Origin: Chiloscyllium plagiosum
Taxonomy: Eukaryota
DNA length: 55,945 nt
Direction: 5' to 3'
Assembly (NCBI RefSeq): GCF_004010195.1
Contig: NC_057750.1
Span: 10,477,478-10,533,422 of the forward strand
A program made the translations under genes and the position numbers. The notes under the pieces were generated by a model. That model had not been told where the DNA came from and ran no database searches. It saw only the letters and a program-made list of their open reading frames with translations. Within the stretch, counting starts at the first letter, position 1; each line of letters starts with the position of its first letter. Below are positions 46,706-55,945 of the stretch, piece after piece.

Positions 46706-49700
46706 GTAATTTTCAATTCCTTTCTCCACTGTGTCTGTCCAACTTCCCATCAAGTTAATCTCTGCTACTCACACCAACCACTCCCTTGGCAGCAAGTTTA
46801 ACCACTCTATGGATACAGAATAATCTCCTGTATTCCCTGTTATATTTGCTAGTGGATGTTCTAGAGGATCATAGGCTGCTCTCTCATTTAGAGTTTACCC
46901 TGAGGGCCACCTGCAATGCATACCAACCATGCAGTCAATTGAGCTAAGTGACCCCTAATTATGTTTCTTTGCTATAGTCTCTGCATGGAAAAATGCTCCC
47001 AGAGTGACCTCTGCAAGCTATGCAGCCACATAGTAATCTGGAAGGGCCCTTCTAGGTTGAGCACATGCGTGTGTATGTAAAAAAAAAAATTTAAATGCCC
47101 ATGCCCATCAAGGAAGGAAAATAAGAAATATTGGTGGTGATGTCTCCCTGTGTAAAATAGGGAGCAGTACAACCCAATGGAGGATGTTGAGTGTGTCAGG
47201 AAACCCTTATGACTTTCTTAAGCCAAATGCGCTTTCTGGCAAAGTTCCTTTCAGTCAGACATAGATTTCTGAGTGGCACTGTCAATAGGACAGGATTGGC
47301 CCCAATCAACGCAATCAGACATGGCTTATTGCCCAGTTAACTGGAGTTGCGTGTCGCCAGGCTAGGTAAGGACAGCAGATTCAAACCAGAAATTGCTGGA
47401 AAAGCTCAGCAAGTCCAACAGCATCCGTAGAGAGAAATCAGTGTTAATGTTTTAGGTCAGGCAGCCCTTCCTCAGAACTGACCAGCAGATTTCCTTCCTT
47501 AAAGGGTGTTGGTGAATCAGATGGGTTTTTCACAATAATCAACAGTGGTTGCATGTTTACTATGAGGCTAACTTTTTTTTTCCTTTTGCTAACCAGCCTG
47601 TTATTACACACTTCTGGAGCAAGTGGGGACGCTACCACTGCATCACACGGGTGCCTAGGCTAGCTTCCTTTTCTCCCCCAGTTTTCTGTTGAATTCACAT
47701 TTCACCATCTGTCCTGGTAGGATTTGAACCTATACTCCTAGTACTATAAGCTGGGTTACGAGTCTATTGAAATTCTCAGTGCCATCTACCCCAGTAGCAC
47801 TATCGCCTCTGGTGTCACAAGGTCATGGGGTTCAAGCTCCACTCTGCGCAGCAAATCCATGCTGCTACTGTGGTGAGATACTGAGGGAGTTAACAGCTTA
47901 TCCTCCTTCAGGTGAGGTATTGTACTCTGACCACCATCTATCTTCGGTAGATATGAAAGCTCCCTTAGTGCATTTTTCCCCAGTGTCCTGGGCAATATTT
48001 ATCACTCCACCCAAAGTCCTTGAAATCCATTTCCCATTGTCACATGGCTTTGTGGGAACATCGTTGTGAATGTTGGTCGATTTGATTTTCGTGAAGCAGC
48101 AGTGATGCCATTTTGGCAAGTGCCTCAATAAATTCTGAGGGACTTCAGCTGCTTTGGATTTTGATGCTGAAAACCCTTGTTTGGAATCCACTTTTTTGAA
48201 AGAAAAAACGTTATTGGGGCATTTTGGCTCGAAATTCATCAATGTGTTTCCTTTGTTTGTTTTTTCTGAGCTTTAAGTACTTCAGAATTCAAAATTCTGC
48301 GGGGTTTTGATGAGGTATTTGGGGACATTCTAGTCACCAATCCAATGAATATAGAACATCCAATTTGAAGCCATTGCTTGACATGGCAAAGGAGAAGTGG
48401 GAAGAACATTTTTTATGTGTAAGAGGTTATTGGGAAAGACGGTGTCTGATCACCAATAGTGGGAGGAAGATGGGATACATTTTAAACAGAAAAGATGTCG
48501 GTATTTGACCCAGATTTTTGTAAAAGCTCCCGAGTGTGAAATAAGACATGGGGTTAGGCAGAGATTTCCTTCATGGAATTAGCAGGGGCCTGGTAGGTTG
48601 AGTGACCTCCCCAATGATTCAAAACCTCAACGCAAATCTCAGTTTCGCCAGTTGGATGCCGGGATTGTTCTGTGAAGGTAGAATTTGTAAACTGGGACTG
48701 TGTGTTTTCTAGAATTTCAAATGGCAAGAGGTGATCTCACTGAAACTTGCAAAATACTTAAAGGGGTAGACAGGGTAGATGCTGGCAGGATCTTTCCCCT
48801 GGTTGGGGAAGTTAGAACCAGAGATGCTATGTAAAAATTAGGGTGACACCTAGGGAAGGCAGTGGCCTGCTGATATTATTGCCGAGAGTACTAATCCAGA
48901 GACCAAAAGAAACAGGATTCACACCCCACGATGGCAAATGTTGGAATTTGAATTTGGTAAAAACAACTCTGGAATTAAGAAACTAATGGTGACCATAAAA
49001 CCATTGTCGTTTGTCGCAAAAATCCCAACTGGTTCATCTAACGCCCTTTAGGGAAGGGAACTGCTAACCTTAGCTAGTCTGAGCTACATGTGACGTAGAC
49101 CCACAGCAATATGCCAACTGCACAGTTTGGGGTAGGCAGTAAAGGTTGGCTTCAGGACTGATTTCCACATCCTATGAATGAATAAAAACAAAAATTACAT
49201 TCGAGATGAAGAGACATTACGCAGAGGGTTGTGATCTTTTCTCTCTCAAAGCTATGGAAGCTCAGTCTTTGGTATGTTTTTAAGGCAGAGATTGAGCTTT
49301 AGGTAGGGGAAAATGCATTAAAATGTCCAATTGGCCATGATTGCATTGAATAGAAGGGCATGCTTAATGGACTGAATGGACTAACTCTGTTCTAATCCAT
49401 TAGCAGTAGAGTTGTCATTGGACTTGCTAAGTGCCAAGACTTGGAAGTTGTTCTTTACTCGAAGCCTTGACCTAGACTCAGTTAAAAGTTGGCCTGTGAG
49501 TCAGCAGTTTGTGTCTGTTACAGGGATGAGGCTGTTTGACCATTCCCAAATTTAAATATTTGCTCTGCTTTATCCTGTGTAGGTGAAGATTTAGCTTTTA
49601 TTTTCCAGTCGAAGTGCACAGATGTTTGAGCAGTTGTCATGGTTTTTTGTGTGTTCAGTACAGTACCTAGCTTCCATTTGTACAGTCTGTCTCAGATAAT

Positions 49701-50281
49701 TTGCAGATGCTTCTGAGGCAGCTAATAAATGTGCATCTGGTTTACTTAAGAGACTGAAATGGGCTCCAATTGCCTTAGTTGGCCTGTAGTATGGTTTGAA
49801 TACAGCCTGAAACAGCCCATTCTCAGGTTCAGTGAAGCTGTGTTAGAATTGCATGTCTGTTGGAGAACAGCAAGCCAACTGGCACACGACGATGTTTATA
49901 GTCCATATCAGCCTTTTCCTGCCCTAATTTAATCTCATCCAGTTGCTAACAACAGGTTTAACATCGGGATTCTTTCCTTTTGTGAGAAATTTCGGTGAAA
50001 GTCAGAGGGATCAGTGAATCTAGGAGGCGTGTAAATAGTGGATTCGGTTAGGTTTTAGAGTGAGTTGGGATTTATAAATTAATAGCTACTGGATGACAAT
50101 CTGGGGTTTCCAAATTAGTGACTAGATGAGAGGAACTGTAGGCTTATAAATTATAATATGGTACACAGTACTTCAAGGCTTGATGTCATTGTAACTTCTC
50201 TACTTTTCAATTTGATTCCTCTAAAAGCACACCCTAGTTTTCGGTTTGCTATTTTATGACCAGACTGACTTGCATGATAAA

Positions 50282-50503
50282 AGCAAATTACTGCGGATGC
50301 TGGAATCTGAAACCAAAAAAGAGAAAATGCTAGAAAATCTCAGCAAGTCTGGCAGCATCTGTAAGGAGAGAAAAGAGCTGACATTTCAAGTCGAACTGAC
50401 CCTTTGCCAAAGCTTTAAAAAAGGGTCAGTTAGACTTGAAATGTCAGCTCTTTTCTCTCCTTACAGATGCTGCCAGACTTGCTGAGATTTTCCAGCATTT
50501 TCT
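50282..50503. mobile_element. PLE family D palindrome
   Basis: ~90-bp inverted arms centred on AAAGCTTT (~50413); 17-bp TSD CTGACTTGCATGATAAA at 50265-50281 and 50504-50520. Confidence 0.88.
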
Positions 50504-51464
50504 CTGACTTGCATGATAAATTTGACTGATTTCGTGTATTTTTATTTCCCTTGTTCCTCAACGCATTTATATTCTTGTCTTCAAAGTAACATGCTGCCTT
50601 ATTTTTCAAAACAAGATGTAAGAATTCATTGTTGGAATTATCAAGGTTGAAACTTATTTGCTAGTTCTATGCCCATTCTGCAATGTTTATCGCTGATCTA
50701 GATTCGTTTGTGGTCCTCCTGTGTGGTGCCAACCATATCTGTTCAATGTGTGGGTTCTTTAGGGGACTTACATTTGTGAGCGTAAGTACCTTCTTAGCTG
50801 ACAAGAAAAGTCTTGTCGCGTAAACAGGATGTGTTTACTGCATCTCTGCAACTATTTCCAGGTTACAAGACCAAGGCTGACATAGCTACAAAGACTTGCT
50901 TAGAATCTTGTGGGAGATAGTGACTTAACTCCCTGCACCCCTTCAAATCCTCGTGACCTCATCGCATTGGATGGTGCTTATGAGTTTCGAATAAATATTA
51001 ACCTTTTCAGATTCTTCCAGACCCAGAGACAGCACTCCTCAGTATTGCTAAAGCCAGTTTCGCAAGTTTGGTGTGGCCTTTATATTTAGAAATAGGTTTT
51101 GTTTGTAAAGTTGAGTGACAGTGGCCAGGCACAGACTCTTATGGGAGCCCACTTCAGTTTTTCTGCCACTGAATCCCTCGCCTATTTTACCCACCAGAGA
51201 TCTTTGCAGTTCTGTGGTGTTTTGGTAGTACACTTTCAAAGATATCTTGCACATGGGGGAAAGAGTGAAACTCTGGTCCATCAATCTCAGATAGTCACCA
51301 AGAAATCAAGTAAACAATTCAGTATTCCCACTCTAGGGCCGGAGCACAAAGTCAAAGCTGATGTTTCAGTGTAGTACCGTGGGAGTGCTGCATTGTCGGA
51401 ACTGCCATCTTTTGAATGAAACGTTAAATCCTGTTGGCCTGCATGCATTGTTCTAAAAGATTGT

Positions 51465-52000
51465 ATGACATTAGAGACGTACAGCACGGAACCAGGTCCT
51501 TCAGCCCAACTCGTTCATGCCGACCTGATATCCTGGATTAATCGAGTCCCTTTGCCAGCTTTTGGCCCTCATCCCTCGCAACCCTTCTTATTCATATACC
51601 CATCCAGATGCCTTTTAAATGTTGTAGTTGTACCAGCCTCCACCATTTCCTCTGGCAGTTCATTCCAGACATGCACCACCCTCTGTGTGAAAAAGTTGCC
51701 CCATTGCTCCCTTTCTAAATCTTCCCCTCTCACCTTAAAACTGTGCCCTCTAGTTTTGGACTTCCCTACGCTGGGGAAAAGACCTTATCTGTTTATCCTA
51801 TCCGTGCCCCTCATGATTTTATAAACCTCTAGAAGATTACCTCTCTGCCTCTGATGCTTCAGGGAAAACAGCCCCAGCCTACTCAGCCTCTCCTTTTAGC
51901 CCCCACACTCCAAACTTGGCAACATCCTTGTAAATCTTTTTGGAATTTGTTTGCTTTTATAGCATCTCTCTTATAGCAGGGAGACCAGAATGGAATACTG
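51465..52000 (-). mobile_element. CR1/HER1 LINE 3' fragment nested in a Deu-SINE
   Basis: Same family as 1025-1416 and 30130-30622. Confidence 0.9.
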
Positions 52001-52097
52001 TAATCCAAATTATTTCAAAGAGAAGCAGTTCTCCCTTGTGTCCCAATGAATATTCATCCTCCGATCAATATCTCAAAAATCTGACTGTTCTAGCATG

Positions 52098-52240
52098 GAT
52101 TAGAGTGCTGCTGGAAAAGCACAGCAGGTCAGGCAGCCTGATGAGCAGGAAAATCGATGGTTCGGGCAAAAGCCCTTCATCAGGAATGCTTCTCATCTAG
52201 ACTCTGATCTCCAGCATCTGCAGTCCTCACTTTTGCCTGA
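52098..52240. mobile_element. PLE family A element with inverted pieces
   Basis: 17-bp TSD with 2 mismatches at 52081-52097 and 52241-52257; minus-strand CTGATGAAGGGCTTTTGCCCGAA. Confidence 0.82.
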
Positions 52241-52864
52241 CTGACTATTGTAGCATGCTCTGTGCAATTAGCCACCATGCTCTCTACATTTCATCCACTT
52301 TAAAACGCCAGCACTTCATTGGCTATAAAATGTTTTGAGGTGTGAAAAGCAGAATCTTGTTTCTTTAATGTCATGGCTTGTGTACTCTTTGTAAAACTCA
52401 AGCATCCCATTGATTTTGTTCTTAAAACCACGTTCTCCGCTTGCGTTCCCACCTTCCTGCAGTCCTTCTGAAAACTACACCTTTTGCAATACTGTCCTCT
52501 GCTGAGTGTGACTGTGCCATGGGCTAGGACATGATGGCAGATCTGTTATCCCTTGTAGTTGAATCCCTGCTCCAGGCTGCTGCTACAGAAGCTGCTTGTG
52601 TTTATCCTGAAGGTGCCAAGAGATTCTAGGTGTGTCTTTGATGTCTGTTGTCTCTTTGGTACATATCTCTAAGAGAAAAACAAATCAAACACACTTCTGT
52701 TTGGAAACAAAACCTATCTTTTCTGTCATTGTTTAACTATAAATATTGTCAGGAGAACCTTTGTAGAGGTGCTGGCTAGGGAGGGTTTAGCCAACCTGAC
52801 ATTGCAGTAAATTAAATGTACATACATTTAAAAAAAATAGTAGTTTGACAGCTTCCTCTTCCAG

Positions 52865-53197
52865 ATAATTACTTTTCCTGTCGCGTTCTCTATTCACCAC
52901 AACACTGTGGACTTCTCAAAGCTGTTGATGCGTCCCCAGTAGAAGCGGAATTTGCACGCAGAGGTTTGCAAGCACGACGAGGAAGTTGTGTGCTGGCTGG
53001 GACTGTGTAAGAGGGGCATAACCTGACTCTCGGGCCAACCTGCAAGAGCCCACCTCTCTCATAATGAACTCCAAACCCGTGGTTGTCTGGTGTGGTGCCG
53101 TTTCTGCTCAGTCCCGTTGTTCCATTTGGAGCTGAACTCTCCTAACTGGTGCCGTGGGAGTTAGCAGGGTGTCAGGGTCATCACGTTACTCCTGCAG
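52865..53197 (+). other. Candidate non-coding (5'-leader) exon, 333 nt
   Basis: TTTGAC branch-like site, CTTCCTCTTCCAG| acceptor and CAG|GTACTG donor; locally elevated CpG; all three frames closed. Confidence 0.5.
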
Positions 53198-53282
53198 GTA
53201 CTGTGAGCTATTTCCTAGTTCTTAAAAATGCTTTTTTTAAAAGCTCCTCCTATTTACAGTAGCCAAAATGCTCATTTGTTAG

Positions 53283-53953
53283 AATCAGCAAATCCCTACA
53301 CTGTGGAAAGAGGCCATTTGGCCTAGTGAATCCACACTGACCCTCCAAAGGGTATCCCATTCAGACCCACTTCCCTACCCTATTCCTGTAAACCCTCCAT
53401 AACACATCTAGCCTGGACATGAGGGGGCAATTTAGCATGGCCAATCCACCTAACCTGCACATCATTGGATTGTGAGAGGAGACTCATGCAGACATGGGGA
53501 GAATATGCAAACCCCACATGGCATGGTGACTCAGTGGTTAGCGCTGCTGCCTCACGATGCCATGGTTGTGGGTTCAATTCCAGCCTTAGGCGACCGTCTG
53601 TCTGTGTGGAGTTTGCACGTTCTCCCAATGTCTGCATGGAATTTCCTCCGGGTGCTCTGGTTTCCTCCCACAGTGCAAAGATGTGCAGGTTAGGGTGGAT
53701 TGGCCATGGGAAATTGCCCCATAGTTTCTAGGGATGTGCAGACTAGGTGCATTAGCCTAGGGAAATGCAGGGTTACAGGGATGGCGTGGAGGATGAGTCT
53801 GGGCAGGATGCTTTTCCGAGAATCAGTGTGGACTCATTGAACTAAATGGCCTGCTTACATGCTGTAGGGATTCTTTGATCTCACAGACAGTTGCTCGAGG
53901 TCCGAATTGAACAGTGAGGCAGCCGTGCTAACTACTGAGTCACTGTACCGTCC
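53283..53953. mobile_element. Minus-strand HE1 with a plus-strand HE1 (~53519-53880) nested inside
   Basis: The outer copy breaks at GCAAACCCCACA and resumes at CACAGACAGTTG (~53882). Confidence 0.9.
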
Positions 53954-54315
53954 TGTTTTTGTCCACTTGGGATTTAGATAGTAAATTTGGAATATGGTAA
54001 AGGGAAAAAAGTAAAAATGTACTTATAAAGCACCTTCCACATTCGCGTTATTACTGCTGACAATTGTGCGCACAGCAAACCGCCAAGAAGCAGGACCAAA
54101 TACAATTTTTAATGATGTTGGAGGGCTGCTTTTTAAGTATGACATAAGGAGGAGTTCCCCAGCACCCCTCCAAGTGGTGTCATGGCATTCTTTCCAGTTG
54201 AGAATGGTTGCTGGCCCTTGCTTTAATGTCTTCCTCCAAATGGGATGTGATTGACAGTGCTGCAGGACTGAGCAAGATCTTTGTGTTCATCTCTGTGCAC
54301 TGGGATTGGAACCTG

Positions 54316-54549
54316 GATGTAGGTTTGCTCGCTGAGCTGGAAGGTTCATTTCCAGACGTTTCATCACCCTACTAGGTAACATCTTCAGTGGGCCTCAGGT
54401 GAAGCAATGCTGAAAATTCCTGCTTTTTATTTATCGTGTGTGTGTGTGTGTGTGTGATGAAACGTCCGGAAATGAATCTTCCAGTTCAGTGAGCAAACCT
54501 ACATCCAAAACCTCAACCTGGGCTACAAATCTTCTCCAAAACCCGCTAA
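54316..54549. mobile_element. PLE family C-like inverted pLTR pair with internal (TG)n
   Basis: 12-bp TSD GATTGGAACCTG at 54304-54315 and 54550-54561; minus-strand CACTGAAGATGTTACCTAGTAGGGTGATGAAACGTCTG hammerhead core. Confidence 0.88.
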
Positions 54550-54699
54550 GATTGGAACCTGCATGCCTGTGCCTCCAAGGCAGGAATGTATAGCGCTAGC
54601 ATGTCCATCTACTGTTGGATCAGCTGTCCATATCTGCTCTCTCGAAAACCCTCACTTTTTGTGCCTTCCTCATGCTCTGCTGGGCCCAAAAGTTTGCAA

Positions 54700-55005
54700 G
54701 GAGTCAGTCAGGTTGCACGTGGACTATAGGGCAGGCATTATTCCGGATGCAGGCCTGACAATTTGGACTTGGGGATGCCCAAACAGTATCTTATTCTGCC
54801 TTCTGAAGCAACGAGCGGTTGGGATCTGTTGTGCATTGCCTGGAAGCATGGTGGAAGCAGATTCAGTTGAGGCATTCAAGAGTTTCTATTGAAATAATCA
54901 CCCAATGTGCAAGAGTTACAGGGAAAAGGCAGGAGATTGGAGCTAAGTCACTATGCTCATTTGGAGAACAGCTGCAGACAAGACTGTAATACGTCTGTGA
55001 TTCTG
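54700..55005 (+). mobile_element. Degenerate CR1 3' fragment
   Basis: GCATTGCCTGGAAGCATGGTGGAAGCAGATTCAGTTGAGGCATTCAAG translates as ALPGSMVEADSVEAFK. Confidence 0.75.
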
Positions 55006-55774
55006 TGCCGATATACTACCTTGGTTTAATACTGTTTACAATGAAACAGCAAGAGTTTTGGTTAGGGTAGAGGCAATTCTTTGCATCCAGGCAGTAGGAC
55101 TGGGAGGTGTGAAGCTAAGGAAGACACCAGACCACTACTGCTATCACACTTCCTGCTAGGCTGCCTCTTCACTACACCTTCTGTAGATACAAAGCCAGCT
55201 CCACTTCTCGATCACCTGCCTTACTCCTCCCTACTGCTTTGTCTGACTCTGAATGGTAAAAGAGCTGCAGTTTCCTCTGTGTAGGCAAGACTGGGTCCCA
55301 TTGACAATTTTACCAGTTCCAAGGTCAGGTCCCCAGCAAATTGAGTGAGGGGTCAAGGTGTTTGGTGAACAGGTTTTCATCGTGGGCCCAGGTAGGTGGG
55401 CTGTACGTTTGGACAAGTGAGAGGGGCAGGTAGCCAGAAACGTTCCCAATTTCCTATCTGGCTGGTTAGAAATCAGATGCCAATGAGTTTCGGTTTGAGT
55501 GTGTGATATTTTTGGATGTGAAGTGGTGACTGTTTAGTCATATACAAATGTGATTTACCTGTAATGCATGTCTACACATTAAATACACTCATCTGGTTGA
55601 TGTGAGTCAGGGTTTGTACCCAAAGGGACTGCATATACTGCAGTGATGAGGGGTCTGTTGTTTCGGGGAGTTGGGGTGGGAGTTTGTGCCCATTGGTGTT
55701 GAAGACGCAGTGCTGGTGTGTGGGTCGTCATCTTGTCACATGTCACCCCTTGTCTCCATTGGACTTTGCTATCT

Positions 55775-55945
55775 AGAGCTAAAAATGTGTTGCTGGAAAA
55801 GCGCAGCAGGTCAGGCAGCATCCAAGGAACAGGAGAATCGACATTTCGGGCATAAGCCCTTCTTCAGGAATGAGGAAAGTGTGTCCAGCAGGCTAAGATA
55901 AAAGGTAGGGAGGAGGGACTTGGGGGAGGGGCTTTGGAAATGCGG
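55775..55945 (-). mobile_element. PLE family A pLTR, truncated by window end
   Basis: Same family and orientation as 1-503; CTGAAGAAGGGCTTATGCCCGAAATGTC on the minus strand. Confidence 0.88.

Noticed and set aside
50862..51100. Acceptor-like sites TTTCCAG| (50861) and TTTTCAG| (51010)
   Set aside because: No good downstream donor or recognisable reading frame was found.
1..55945. The first ~100 bp resemble the last ~100 bp, suggesting a circular molecule or one giant element with terminal repeats
   Set aside because: The two copies differ at several positions and belong to a high-copy PLE family. Sequence ends falling in young repeats is the simpler explanation.

Overview
Repeat-dense vertebrate genomic DNA, almost certainly from a shark. 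HE1 V-SINEs, CR1/HER1 LINE tails, Deu-domain SINEs and a ~69-bp minisatellite point to an elasmobranch, possibly a bamboo shark (inference). No intact host protein-coding gene is visible, and the ORFs I could assign derive from repeats. The main host feature is a CpG island promoter at ~25.66-26.12 kb with three inverted CCAAT boxes, an E2F site and an ETS site. It appears to start a + strand gene with a long, uORF-containing 5' leader (candidate exons 35578-35648, 38523-38625, 52865-53197); its main CDS is not in the window and I cannot name it. The most striking structure is a set of over a dozen short Penelope-like (PLE) insertions from about four families. Most are inverted (palindromic) pseudo-LTR pairs with 10-17-bp target duplications, and the better-preserved ones carry minimal hammerhead ribozyme cores. 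Also present: two clear solo LTRs with TSDs, a probable third, a Tx1 LINE, a CR1 with esterase ORF1, a Harbinger Myb remnant, a Tigger-like end, a SINE-internal 53-bp tandem array, a promoter-adjacent minisatellite with higher-order structure, and a strong CTCF-like site. I found no convincing wholly new system. Boundaries of old repeats are approximate.
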